Positions 8,138 to 18,698 of a DNA stretch of 64,000 bases are shown piece by piece; positions within the stretch are counted from its first letter, which is position 1, and each line of letters starts with the position of its first letter. The stretch spans positions 32,001 to 96,000 of the forward strand of contig CAVSQW010000006.1 in NCBI GenBank assembly GCA_963730185.1. Reading direction: 5' to 3'. Below the pieces are notes generated by a model. That model was not told the origin of the DNA, did no database searches, and saw only the letters and a program-made list of their open reading frames with translations. Source of the DNA: an uncultured Gemmatimonadales bacterium. GTDB taxonomy: Bacteria > Gemmatimonadota > Gemmatimonadetes > Gemmatimonadales > GWC2-71-9. Position numbers and translations under genes: made by a program.

Positions 8138-9521
8138 ATGACGACCCAGACGCTCTCGTTCGACACCCTCCAAGCCGGGATCCGGGGCTCGGTCCTCACC
8201 CCCGACGATGACGGCTTCGACGCGGCCCGCTCGGTGTACAACGCGATGATCGACCGCCACCCCGCCGTGATCGTCCGGGCCCGCGACGCCGCCGACGTGA
8301 TGGCCGCGATCCGCTTTGCCCGCGAGCACGACCTGGAGCTCGCCGTTCGAGGCGGGTCGCACAGCGCCCGGGCTACGGTACCACCGACGGCGGCCTGGTG
8401 CTCGACCTGGGCGAACTCCGCTCGGTCCGGGTCGACCCCGCCACCCGCCGGGCCTGGGTCGGCGGCGGGGCGGTGCTCGGCGATCTCGACCACGCCACCC
8501 ACGCCTTCGGCCTGGCCACGCCGGCCGGCTTCAACTCGACCACCGGCGTGGGCGGCCTGACGCTGGGCGGCGGGATCGGGCGTATCTCTCCCGAAAGCTC
8601 GGCCTCACCTGCGACAACCTGGTCTCGGCGACCGTGGTCACGGCGGAGGGAAAGCAGGTCACCGCCAGCGAGCGACAGAACCCGGATCTCTTCTGGGCTA
8701 TCCGCGGCGGCGGCGGCAACTTCGGGGTGGTGACCACCTTCGAGCTGGCCCTTCACCCGGTGAGCACCATCGTCGGCGGGCCGATGTTCTTCGACATCGC
8801 GAGCTCGGCCGACGTGATGCGCGCCTGGCGCGACGTGATCGCCAAGGGACCGCGGGAGCTGAGCGGGTTCTTCGGCTTCCACCTCGCCCCGCCGCTCCCC
8901 TTCATCCCCGAAGCGCGCCACGGGAAGCCGCACGCTGCCATCGTCCCCTGCTGGAGCGGGCCGGCCAAGGAAGCCGAGCAGGCCTTCGCGCCGCTCCGGA
9001 AGTCGGGGAAGCTGGTGGCGGAGCACGTGGGCGAGATGCCCTACCCCGTGCTCCAGTCGGCGTTCGACGCCCTGCTGCCCCGCGGACTCCAGCAGTACTG
9101 GAAGGCCGACTTCGTCGGCGAGCTGACCGACGCCGCCATCGCCGCGCACCTGAAGCACGGCCCCAAGGTGCCGTTCATGAGCTCGACCATGCACCTCTAT
9201 CCGATCAACGGCGCGGTGCACGACGTGGCGCCCGACGCCACCGCCTTCGCCTGCCGTGACGCGCAGTTCGCCTGCGTGATCGCCGGACTCTGGCCCGACC
9301 CCGCCGACAACGAGAAGAACACCAAGTGGGTCCGCGACTACTACGCCGCCATCCATCCCCACTCGGGCTACGCCGGCGGATACACCAACTTCATGGCGGC
9401 GGACGACCAGCAGCGGGTCCGGGACAACTACGGCGCCAGCTACGACCGGCTGGCCGCGCTGAAGAAGACCTGGGACCCGAGCAACCTCTTCCGGCTGAAT
9501 CAGAACGTGAAGCCGGCGTAG
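8138..9521 (+). CDS. FAD-binding oxidoreductase (berberine-bridge-enzyme-like), two frameshifts (~8370, ~8580)
   Basis: [73 protein letters not shown] spread across three frames. Confidence 0.9.
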
Positions 9522-9589
9522 GGTGACCGGCGCCCCGACCACAGGATCCTTCTAGCACGCCTTCTCGGCGCCGGCGATACTTGGACGGA

Positions 9590-10173
9590 TGATCCACCAT
9601 CGCCGGCGCGGGTCGGTTCGTGATCCCCGGTCTCTGGGATATGCACGTGCACCTCGTCCTCGCCGGGTCCGAGGCGCTCGAAACCCTGGTCTCCCAGGGC
9701 GTGACCGGAGTCCGTGACGCGGGCGGCAACATCGACTCGATCAGAACCTGGCGGCGGCAAATCGCCGCCGGCGAACGGGTGGGGCCCTACATCGCGGCGG
9801 CGGGGTGGGTGCTGGAGAGCGCGCCCTGGCTCGAGCGGCTGCCCCGGAGGTGGCCCCGCTGGCCGAGGCCTTCCGAGCCGGGGTGCCCATCGTGACCGGC
9901 ACCGACCTGGGCGCGCTTCTGATGATTCCGGGCCGGGGCATTCACGACGAGCTCCGCCTCCTGGTCCAGGTGGTGGGGCTCCGTCCAATCGACGCGCTCC
10001 GCGCGGCGAAGCTCACCCCGGTCCAGGCACTGCATCTCGAGTCGACCCGGGGTACCATCGAGGTGGGCAAGGTCGCCGACCGGGTGCTTCTCACCGGCAA
10101 CCCGCTGGACGACATCACCAACGTCGATCGGATCGCGGCGGTGATCGCGGGTGGGCGGGTCGTCCAACCGTAA
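9590..10173 (+). pseudogene. Amidohydrolase remnant (N-terminus missing, internal deletion, frameshift)
   Basis: IPGLWDMHVH and GVTGVRDAG joined near 9850 directly to C-terminal GTDLG, GTIEVGKVAD, NPLDDI; about 190 codons versus a much longer typical protein. Confidence 0.7.
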
Positions 10174-10189
10174 GGCAGCGCCGGAGACT

Positions 10190-11014
10190 CGTCGCAGCCC
10201 TCGTCGATCTGAACGGCCAGCGGCTCCACCTGTATTGCACCGGCGCCGGATCGCCGACCGTCCTGCTCGAGAGCGGTCTGGGCGACTTCTCCGTGATCTG
10301 GTCGCTGGTGCAGCCGTCCGTGGCCCGGTTCACCCGGGTCTGCAGCTACGACCGAGGAGGCTACGCCTGGAGCGATCCGGGCCCCCGGCCGCGCACCTTC
10401 GGGCAGCTGGCCCTCGAGCTCCGGACGGCGCTGGAGCGTCTCGGTGAGCGCCCGCCGTTCGTGTGGGTCGGCCAATCCTACGGTGGGCTCGTGGTGCGGG
10501 GCTTCGCGCGGCGCTATCGGAGCGAGACGGCTGGGATGGTGCTGGTCGACGCCGTCCACGAGGATGCTCCGTCATCCGCCGCCGATTCCGTTGCCGCGCC
10601 CGACCCCCGACCGCTCGAGGCTCCGCTAGACCGACTCCCGCCGGCGGCACTGGCCATCTGGCGCTGGGCCGCCGCCCAACCGATGGTGCGCCGGGCCCAG
10701 GAGGCCGAGACCGTTTGGTCGCCGGAGGAGTTGGCCCGCTTTCATCGCGAGCGGCTCCGGAACCGGGCCACCCTCGGCGAGCTTCCCTTGATCGTGCTGG
10801 CCCGCACCGACGGTGGCTACCCCGACGGGATGAGCATCACATCCGACAGCCTCGAGCGGGAGCGCCGGTCCTTCGCTCGCGACCTGGCCCGCCTCTCCCG
10901 CCGCGGGACCGTCGTCTTCGCGGCGGCGTCGGGTCACAACATTCACTTGGAAGATCCCGACCTGGTGATCGGGTCGATTCGGACCATCGTCGAGGCGGCG
11001 CGCGCCGGCGGTGA
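10190..11014 (+). pseudogene. Alpha/beta hydrolase lacking a clear start and in-frame stop
   Basis: LHLYCTGAGSPTVLLESGLG, VCSYDRGG, VGQSYGG, SGHNIH; no start codon/signal peptide; nearest TGA (11012-11014) is out of frame. Confidence 0.7.
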
Positions 11015-11097
11015 GCCAAGGCTCGGAGCGGACCACCGGCGCGACTCCGTCCGGCGGCTGTCTTCCGCGCCGGGAGTCCGATTAGTATCCGACCCCT

Positions 11098-12492
11098 ATG
11101 CGCCCTCGCCTGCTGGCTCCGCTCGTTCTGCTGTCCCTGACCGGGGGAACCCTCACCGCCCAGTCCGGCGCCGGCCGCCTCGACGGTTCCCGATTGGTCG
11201 CTACGCTCGACTCGGCGGCGCGCGGCTACCTGGCCCGCGCCCATCTGGCCGGCTTGGCCGTGGCCGTCGTCCGCCGAGGGCAGCCGCTGCTGCTCCAGGG
11301 CTACGGCCGGGCCGACCTCGAGAACGACGTCCCGGTCACCCCGCGGACGGTGTTCCAGCTGGGGTCGATGACCAAGCAGTTCACCGCCGTCGCTCTCCAT
11401 CAGCTGGCCGAGCAGGGCAAGGTCGATCTCGACGCCGACGTCACGACCTACCTGTCCGACCTCGAGACCCACGGCCGGGCCATCCCCGTCTGGCGGCTCC
11501 TCGACCACACCTCCGGCCTGGCCGAGTACACCGGGCTTCCCGCGTTCGGACTCCTGAGTCTCCAGACCCTGCCGCGGGACACCATCGTCCGGCTGATCAG
11601 CCGCGAGCCCCTGATGTTCGAGCCCGGCGCCGCGATGATCTACGACAATTCGGGCTTCTTCCTGGCCGCCATGATCGTGGCCCGGGTGAGCGGTCAGTCG
11701 TTCGAGACCTATCTGACCGATCACCTGTTCGCGCCGTTAGGCATGACCGACACCCGCTATTGCGACAACGCCGCGATCATCGAGCATCGGGCCCGCGGCT
11801 ACTGGAACGGCCGCCAAGGAAAGCGTCGTAACGCGGATCTGGTCAACCAGACCTGGCCCTATGGCGCCGGCTCCCTCTGCAGCAGCCTTCGCGACCTGGT
11901 CCGGTGGAACGAGGCCCTGCATCACGGCCGGGTCCTGAGCCCGGCCGAGTACCAGCGCCTGGTCACCCCCCGCCCGCTCACCGACGGCCTCCCGATCCGT
12001 TACGCCGGGGGCCTGGCGATCCACGACGCCTACGGACGGCGGACCATCGAGCACGGCGGGGCGATCAACGGATTCTATTCGATGGGGTACGACTACCCCG
12101 ACGACGACGTGCTGATCGTCGTACTCCAGAACGACACGGCTCAGCCCCCGGCGATCCTGGCCGATTCCCTGGCCAACCTGGTGTTCGGCCCTCCCGCGCC
12201 GATCCGTTCGGAAGGGACGCCCGACCTGCGCGATCTGGCGGGCGTGTATCGAGGCCGACGCCGGGGCGGGATGCTGACGGTGCGGGTGGAGACGGGCCCC
12301 GGCCTTCGTCTGTTCCTCGACCAGGACCCGACCCCGGTCACGCCCGACTTCCAGCGCGGCTCGGTCTGGATCGACGGGCCCACCCGGTACACGTTCGTCC
12401 GCCAGGCCGGCTCGGCGCCGGAGCTCCACATCGAGCCGCTCTGGCGGGGCCGGTCGATCTACGGGCACTACGTGCTCAGTCGGCAGCCCTGA
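11098..12492 (+). CDS. Secreted serine hydrolase, beta-lactamase/AmpC-like family
   Basis: Signal peptide; FQLGSMTK (SxxK), LLDHTSG, YDN, EHGG. Confidence 0.9.
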   Translation: MRPRLLAPLVLLSLTGGTLTAQSGAGRLDGSRLVATLDSAARGYLARAHLAGLAVAVVRRGQPLLLQGYGRADLENDVPVTPRTVFQLGSMTKQFTAVALHQLAEQGKVDLDADVTTYLSDLETHGRAIPVWRLLDHTSGLAEYTGLPAFGLLSLQTLPRDTIVRLISREPLMFEPGAAMIYDNSGFFLAAMIVARVSGQSFETYLTDHLFAPLGMTDTRYCDNAAIIEHRARGYWNGRQGKRRNADLVNQTWPYGAGSLCSSLRDLVRWNEALHHGRVLSPAEYQRLVTPRPLTDGLPIRYAGGLAIHDAYGRRTIEHGGAINGFYSMGYDYPDDDVLIVVLQNDTAQPPAILADSLANLVFGPPAPIRSEGTPDLRDLAGVYRGRRRGGMLTVRVETGPGLRLFLDQDPTPVTPDFQRGSVWIDGPTRYTFVRQAGSAPELHIEPLWRGRSIYGHYVLSRQP

Positions 12493-12540
12493 CCGGCGGT
12501 CCCCTCGCCCGCTCAGGCGGCGACCGGCATATTTCGGCCA

Positions 12541-14874
12541 ATGATCCCAGCCATCGGCACGGTCATCGACGATCGCTACCGGCTCGAGCGCGAGCTCGGG
12601 CGGGGCGGCATGGCCGTGGTGTTCGCCGCCCATGACCTCCGCCACGAGCGCTCGGTCGCCATCAAGGTGCTCCGCCCCGAGCTGGTGGCCGCCGACGGCG
12701 GCGAGCGCTTTGCCCGCGAGATCCGGATCACCGCGCAGCTGAGCCATCCCCACATCGTCGGGGTGCTCGACTCCGGCACGATCACGTCACCGGGCGACGC
12801 GCCGGTGGCCTGGTTCGCGATGCCCCTGGTCGAGGGCGAGTCGCTCCGGGCCCGGCTCGAACGCGACCGGGTCCTTCCGGTCGACGAGGCCGTCCGGCTC
12901 GCGGCCGAGGTGGCCGACGCGATGGCCTTCGCCCACGGTCGTGGCGTGATCCACCGCGACCTCAAGCCCGACAACGTGCTCCTGGCCGGGGGCCACGCCC
13001 AGGTAGCCGACTTCGGGATCGCCCGGGCCCTCGACGCCGCTCCCGGACCCCGGCTTACCGAGACCGGGTTCTCGCTCGGCACGCCGGCCTACATGAGCCC
13101 CGAACAAGCGGCCGGCGAACGCGACGTCGACGCCCGCGCCGACCTCTATGCCCTCGGGTGCATCCTCTACGAGATGCTCGCCGGCGAGCCGCCCTTCGGC
13201 GGACCGACCGCCCAGGCCGTCGTGGCCAAGCATCTAGCCCAACCCGCCCCGTCAGTCCGGATCACCCGGGCCACCGTTCCTCAGGCCCTGGACCGGTGCA
13301 TTACCCGCGCTCTGGCCAAGGAACCGGCCGATCGATTCGCCTCGGCGGACGAGATGCGGAGCGCCCTGCTGGCGGCCGTGGCGCCCCCGCCGGCCGGCCG
13401 GCGGCGGGGGCTCGGCGTCGCGGTCGGCGCGGTGGCGCTGCTCGGTCTCGGCCTCGGCGTCGCGGCTTGGTGGAGACGGACCACCTCACCGCCCGGAAGC
13501 GCCGCCCCGAGCCCCAAGCCCGTGCTCCTCGCGGTCCTCCCCTTCCAGAATCTGAGCCCCGACTCCGCCGACGCCTACTTCGCCGACGGCCTCACCGAGG
13601 AGATCACCTCCACCTTGGGCCAGGTCGGCGGGCTGAGCGTGCTGTCCCGAGGCTCGGCCGCCACGCTCGACGGGTCGAACCCGGTTCAGCGGGCCCGCGA
13701 TGCCGGGGTGCGCTACCTGCTGGAGGGATCGGTCCGGAAGGAGGGCCCCCGTTCCCGGATCTCGGTTCGCCTCTCGGACGCCACCACCGGGACCGAGGTC
13801 TGGAACCGCACCTTCGACCGGAGCGGGGGAAAGCTCCTCGGCGTCGAGGTCGACGTCGGCCATGCGGTGGCGGCCGGGCTCCAGGGCCAGCTCCCCTCCG
13901 GGGCGGAGTCCGGCCTCAAGCCGCCTCCCACCCGGAACCTCGAGGCCTACGACCTCTTCCTCCGATCCCTGTCCGGCCAGGACGATCAGGGACGGGGCGT
14001 CGACCAGCGGATCGCGCTGCTCGAACGGGCGGTGGCCCTGGATCCCGCCTTCGTGGCAGCCTGGGCGGCACTGAGCCGAGCCTGGTTGGCCAGCGCCGTC
14101 TGGGCCCGGGTTCCTCTCGGCCAGGTCATCGACTCGGCCCGCTCCGCCACCGACCGGGCGCTGGCCATCGACAGCGCCAGCGCGGAGGCCTGGTCCGCCC
14201 TGGCGCTGATCCGCTTCCGCTACGACTGGGATTGGCCTGGTGCCCTCGCCGCCCACGAGCAAGCCCTCCGGCTCAACCCCAACAGCGCGGACATCCACCA
14301 CGAATACGCCCGGACCCTCCGCTCGCTGGGCCGCTTTGCCGAGTCGCAGACCCAGTACGCGCTGGCCGACCAGCTCGACCCGATCTCCAAACGCGCCAGC
14401 GGCAGCCGGGGGCGGGCCTTCTACTACGCCCGCGACTACGAGCGGGCGCTCGAGGTCTACCGGGCCACGCCGGACGGCACCCCGCTCTTCGCCGCCGAGG
14501 CGCTCCTCCAGCTGGGGCGGTTCAGGGAGGCCGGCGCGGTCTTGGCCGCCGGGGCCGACTCGACCGACTGGTCCGGGCTCCCGCTCTGGGCCTACTACTG
14601 GGCGGTGGCCGGCCCCCGCGACCGGGCCGTCGCCGCCCTCCAACGCCTCGAAGCAGCCGCCCAAACCCGCTACGTCCACCCGGTCCTGATGGCGCTCGCC
14701 TACACCGGCCTTGGCGACCGCGACGCCGCCTTCCGCTGGCTGGAGCGCGCCTATCGCGACCGGAACGAGCGGATGGTCGACCTCATGGTCGAGCCCCGAT
14801 TCGACCCGCTCCGGTCCGACCCCCGCTTTACCGATCTGCTCCACCGGATGCGCTTCCCCACTCCGACCGGCTGA
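12541..14874 (+). CDS. Hanks-type Ser/Thr kinase with TM, TolB-N-like and TPR domains
   Basis: ELGRGGMAVV, VAIK, HRDLKPDN, DFG, GTPAYMSPEQ; AVLPFQNLS, YFADGLTEEI; TPRs; PRFDPLRSDPRF tail. Confidence 0.95.
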   Translation: MIPAIGTVIDDRYRLERELGRGGMAVVFAAHDLRHERSVAIKVLRPELVAADGGERFAREIRITAQLSHPHIVGVLDSGTITSPGDAPVAWFAMPLVEGESLRARLERDRVLPVDEAVRLAAEVADAMAFAHGRGVIHRDLKPDNVLLAGGHAQVADFGIARALDAAPGPRLTETGFSLGTPAYMSPEQAAGERDVDARADLYALGCILYEMLAGEPPFGGPTAQAVVAKHLAQPAPSVRITRATVPQALDRCITRALAKEPADRFASADEMRSALLAAVAPPPAGRRRGLGVAVGAVALLGLGLGVAAWWRRTTSPPGSAAPSPKPVLLAVLPFQNLSPDSADAYFADGLTEEITSTLGQVGGLSVLSRGSAATLDGSNPVQRARDAGVRYLLEGSVRKEGPRSRISVRLSDATTGTEVWNRTFDRSGGKLLGVEVDVGHAVAAGLQGQLPSGAESGLKPPPTRNLEAYDLFLRSLSGQDDQGRGVDQRIALLERAVALDPAFVAAWAALSRAWLASAVWARVPLGQVIDSARSATDRALAIDSASAEAWSALALIRFRYDWDWPGALAAHEQALRLNPNSADIHHEYARTLRSLGRFAESQTQYALADQLDPISKRASGSRGRAFYYARDYERALEVYRATPDGTPLFAAEALLQLGRFREAGAVLAAGADSTDWSGLPLWAYYWAVAGPRDRAVAALQRLEAAAQTRYVHPVLMALAYTGLGDRDAAFRWLERAYRDRNERMVDLMVEPRFDPLRSDPRFTDLLHRMRFPTPTG

Positions 14875-15514
14875 ACGCCCGCTCGCCGCCCGGCGACCCC
14901 GGTCCACAAGGCCCGCGACGCCAGCGCCAGGAGTCCCGCGGCGGAAAGCATGATGAAGGCATAGACCGCAGGTGCCAACGCCATCGTCGGATCTCCGAGC
15001 AGCGTGGCGGTGACGAAGGCGGCGGTGGCAACGTTCTGCATGCCCATTTCGATCCCAACCATGACGATCTCCGGGCGGGCCAGCCTCGCGATGGTCGCGA
15101 TCAGGAGGCCGGCCGTCGTGCTCCCGACGCCCAGCACCGCGAGCGGGAGGCCCAGGGCACGCAGACCCACCCGGAGACTATCGGCGTTCTGCCCGACGAT
15201 GACGACGACGACCGCCAGGAACAACATGGTCGCCAAGCCGCGCACGGCCCTGCGGAGGCGCTCCGTTGCTCCGGCGGCGCGGGCGCGGATCGTCATTCCC
15301 ACCACGACGGGCACCACCGTCACGGCAACCAGGCGCACCAGCGTCCCAACGAAGGGCAGCGACAGGCCGGACGCAGCCGGCGCCCAGAGCCGCGCGGCCC
15401 ACCCGTAGGCGAGCGGCAGGGTGACCGGGGCGACAGGACGACGATCCCGAGCGCCAGCATGATGAACATGAGGGCGAACGGAACGACCCGCACCGCCAAC
15501 CCGGCCTCGGTCAC
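14751..15514 (-). pseudogene. Bile acid:sodium symporter (BASS) family, internally deleted and frameshifted
   Basis: N-terminal PFALMFIMLALG jumps near 15430 to VTLPL..; C-terminal IEMGMQN and APAVYA; conserved CPGG..SN segment absent; frame runs into the kinase gene. Confidence 0.7.
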
Positions 15515-16539
15515 CCGGGTCGAGCCGTCGGCGCGGGGGAGACCACCCGACCGAGATCGAAGAGCCGGATGGCGTTGCCGGCGAAGATCGCCTCGTTGTC
15601 GTGGTCGGCCAGGTCGAGAGACCGGACCAGATCCACGTGCTCGGCGGGACTGATCGGGACGGCCGGGTAATCGGTTCCGAACAGGATCCGGGATGGCCCC
15701 ATCACCGCAAGAAGCTGCCGCAGCATGGGCGACGAAAAACCCATCGTGTCAACGTACAGGTTCGCGAGGTACTCGCTCGGTTTCCGCCGGCACTTGGGCG
15801 TCTGGTACGGAGCATGTCCCGCGTACCCCAGACGGTAGCCCATGTCCATCCGGCCCAATACGCTCATCAGGGCCCCGCCCATGTGGGGCACCACGACCCT
15901 GAGTCCTGGGAAGCGGTCGAAGACGCCGGCGTAGATCATCCTCGCTACCGATACGGTCGTGTCGAAGACCCGCCCGACGACTTCGGCCATTCGGTAGCGG
16001 TCCATCGCTTCGTGGCCCAGCGGAACCAAGGGCGGGTGGACGAACACGGGCAGGCCGAGGGCTTCGGCGCACTCGAAGAAGGGCCAGGCCAGCTCCGAGT
16101 CGAGGTACAGCTCGTCCCAACTGGTGGGAACGCAGACTCCGTGGAGGCCGAGGTCGCCGACGGCGCGCTCCAGCTCGCCGACGTGGGCCGCTTCGAACGG
16201 GGCGACCGAGGCCATGCCGGCCAAACGGCCGCCCGCCCCCGCAACCAGTGCGGCCATCGCGTCGTTGACCCGCTGAGCGACAGCGAGCGTCCGCCGACCG
16301 CCGTATCGGCTGAGCAGATAAATTGCCTCGACGCTGCTGACGATCCGGAGGGTCACCCCCGCCTCCTCGATCACTCCGGCCTGCTTCTCCAAAGACACCA
16401 GGTCCTCGGCGGCTTGCATCGGGATCCCGCGCAAGACGGCGAGCGCGCCGCCGCCATCCAACGGGCGGAAGAGACCGGAGCTGAAGAGCCAACCGTCATC
16501 GACCCCGAGCAGGACATGCGAGTGGATGTCGATGATCAC
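15511..16539 (-). CDS. Amidohydrolase-2 family protein (ACMSD-like decarboxylase/hydratase)
   Basis: IIDIHSH, LPVFVHP, GVFDRFPGL, PHMGG, LYVDT, ILFGTDYP; GGAGG-type RBS. Confidence 0.9.
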   Translation of the reverse strand: MIIDIHSHVLLGVDDGWLFSSGLFRPLDGGGALAVLRGIPMQAAEDLVSLEKQAGVIEEAGVTLRIVSSVEAIYLLSRYGGRRTLAVAQRVNDAMAALVAGAGGRLAGMASVAPFEAAHVGELERAVGDLGLHGVCVPTSWDELYLDSELAWPFFECAEALGLPVFVHPPLVPLGHEAMDRYRMAEVVGRVFDTTVSVARMIYAGVFDRFPGLRVVVPHMGGALMSVLGRMDMGYRLGYAGHAPYQTPKCRRKPSEYLANLYVDTMGFSSPMLRQLLAVMGPSRILFGTDYPAVPISPAEHVDLVRSLDLADHDNEAIFAGNAIRLFDLGRVVSPAPTARPG

Positions 16540-16582
16540 CAGCTCCCTCCCTGAAGAGGCGTGGGTGACGGGGGCATCGGTG

Positions 16583-17344
16583 CTATCGGGGTGCGTGGGC
16601 CGCCACGTGGACCCACCGGCACGGAAGTGGCCCGAACGCCGGCGGACCCTGGCATCCCCCTAGGAGCGTGTTGAGCTGGGCCCGGCGCAGCGGGTGTCCT
16701 TCGGGGAGCACCGGGCCCTTCTCCATGACGCCGGCGTAGAACATCATCCCGGCCGGATTGGTGACCGGGGAGCCGAAGATCACTTCGGTGGGTGTGTCGT
16801 GGACCACGTCGATCCGGAAGCTGATCCGGTCCTGCTCGGCGACCTTGCCCCCGTAGGTACCGACGTAGAAGCCGGTCGCCGGGTCGAGACCATCGAGCCG
16901 GTCGAGCGGGCCGTTGGAGCGACACGGGTACGGGATGCCGAGGAAGCGATCTTCGACGAACCGGCAGTGTTCGGGGTGATCGAACGGAGTCATGGCGTAC
17001 ACGTAGACGTTGCCCGGCGTGATGTTTTCGCTCAGCTGCACCTCATTGATCGCGGTGGCCCGCCGGCGGATGAGGATGTCGCGGCCGCGAGCGCGCTCCC
17101 GGGCGATTTGCGGACAGGCCGGAAAGCACGCCGGCGGCACCAAGGCGTACGGTTGGATCGAGACGCGCCCACGCCCCGTTCGGACCGGCCTTCCGGCGAC
17201 GTCTTCCGGATGATCCGGCAGCGAACGGACCGACCGTGCCGTCGGGGCCGGGGGGGCGGTTTCGGGAGTCGTCACCTGGTTGGAACAGGCTGCGGTCGAC
17301 GCAGCAAGGAACAGGACCACGACGGTTTCCGCGAGCTTGGGCAT
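16583..17344 (-). CDS. Hypothetical Cys-containing lipoprotein
   Basis: GGAGG RBS; lipobox TAAC; no recognised domain. Confidence 0.6.
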   Translation of the reverse strand: MPKLAETVVVLFLAASTAACSNQVTTPETAPPAPTARSVRSLPDHPEDVAGRPVRTGRGRVSIQPYALVPPACFPACPQIARERARGRDILIRRRATAINEVQLSENITPGNVYVYAMTPFDHPEHCRFVEDRFLGIPYPCRSNGPLDRLDGLDPATGFYVGTYGGKVAEQDRISFRIDVVHDTPTEVIFGSPVTNPAGMMFYAGVMEKGPVLPEGHPLRRAQLNTLLGGCQGPPAFGPLPCRWVHVAAHAPR

Positions 17345-17494
17345 CGTTCACCTCCGGCGGCAAGGTTGAGTAGCCGGCGCTCGCTCATCCTGGGGATCCA
17401 TCGGGTGGGCGCGGGCGCGCGGCCGATCACATGCCGGGCGGGGACACCGCCCGGCGGCCTTGCCTTCAAAGCTGGGGCGGAGGGGATGGTCGAC

Positions 17495-17545
17495 AATCCC
17501 ACGAAGCTGGGATTCTCGGGCCTCGACATCCCAGGATACCGGGAT
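17495..17545. promoter_or_regulatory. Two tandem palindromic operators (probable LuxR-type sites)
   Basis: AATCCCA-N6-TGGGATT (17495-17514) and ATCCC-N8-GGGAT (17528-17545), centres 32 bp apart. Confidence 0.6.
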
Positions 17546-18573
17546 TAGGAGTCGGTCGACCCTCGTTCGAGCGCGTATCGGACCGCCGCGGCCCGACCCC
17601 GGACTCCGAGCTTGTCGTAGATGTGGGTGAGATGCCGGGTGACGGTATGGAGGCTGATCGAGAGCCGCGTCGCGATCTCCTGGTTGGTCGCACCCTTCGC
17701 GACCTGGCCCAAGACTTCGCGTTCGCGCTCGGTCAGCTGGCCCAGGTTCGCGGCCGCGCCGGGGTCGAGGCCGACGAGTCGGAGAATGGCGGCGAGCGCG
17801 GTGTCACCGGGCGCTCCCTCTTCGGTCTCGCAGACGGTCAGATGGGCGCCCGCAATCGAAGCGGCGAGCTCACGGCTCCGCTCCTCGCTGGCGAGGGCGT
17901 TGGATCGATCGTGAAGCACGAGCGTCGGTGCCGTCACCCGACCGAGCCGATCCGTCACGTCCCAGCCACGGCGATCCTCGAGGAAACGCAGGAACTCGGC
18001 CTGCGTCGTGGCGTCGCGCGCCACCTGAGCCCATCGCCGAGCCGCTCGGGCATCGCGCCATCCCAACGCCGCCTGGCCGATCGATTCGGTGAACAGGGTC
18101 CAGTCCGCCCGAGCGATTCCGAAGAGAGAGCGGAGGCGCGGAGCGAGGCCGTGGTCCACGTTCCGCGCGAACGAGCTCCACAGCACCAGGTGGGCAACCC
18201 GCGAGGGGTGCTCCGCCGCATAGGCCACGGCCGGCAGGCCGCCGCTCAGCCAGCCGAGCAGGATCACAGGCTCCGACGACACGGACCCGGCGACCGCGTC
18301 GATGTCTCGCGCCAGCGCGTCGATGGTCTGGGGACCGCAGTCGCGGCTGGAGAGGCCTCCGCCGCGGTGATCGTACCGGACGACGGTGAAGCGCCGACTC
18401 AGCGCCTCGTACCAGCGCCGCATCGCCGGGACGGACCACTCGGCATGGGCATGACCCAGCTGCACGTTGGGAGAGTGCAGCAGGACCGGGCCGCGCCCGT
18501 GGCGCCAATAGGCGATATCCGCGCCGTCTTCCGTGCGCACATAGCGAATGGCCGGCGCCCCGCGCTCGGTCAC
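17545..18573 (-). CDS. Alpha/beta-hydrolase-fold sensor fused to LuxR HTH regulator
   Basis: IRYVRTEDGADIAY, VVRYDHRGGG, APTLVLH; LTEREREVL..GATNQEIA..TVTRHLTHIYDKLGV; start uncertain. Confidence 0.9.
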   Translation of the reverse strand: MTERGAPAIRYVRTEDGADIAYWRHGRGPVLLHSPNVQLGHAHAEWSVPAMRRWYEALSRRFTVVRYDHRGGGLSSRDCGPQTIDALARDIDAVAGSVSSEPVILLGWLSGGLPAVAYAAEHPSRVAHLVLWSSFARNVDHGLAPRLRSLFGIARADWTLFTESIGQAALGWRDARAARRWAQVARDATTQAEFLRFLEDRRGWDVTDRLGRVTAPTLVLHDRSNALASEERSRELAASIAGAHLTVCETEEGAPGDTALAAILRLVGLDPGAAANLGQLTEREREVLGQVAKGATNQEIATRLSISLHTVTRHLTHIYDKLGVRGRAAAVRYALERGSTDS

Positions 18574-18698
18574 GGCGCGGCTTCGCGCAGGCCGCCGGGC
18601 GGTTGTCCCCCGGATGCCACGGACCTCATGGCTGATGAGAGCCCGCCGCCGACCGGATGTCAAGTGGAAACGGGCGGCGGCCGGGCAGGAAGGTGTCC

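Noticed and set aside
8138..9521. Programmed frameshifting in the FAD oxidoreductase, glycosyl hydrolase or recQ
   Set aside because: No slippery heptamers seen; scattered single indels across unrelated genes fit sequencing error.
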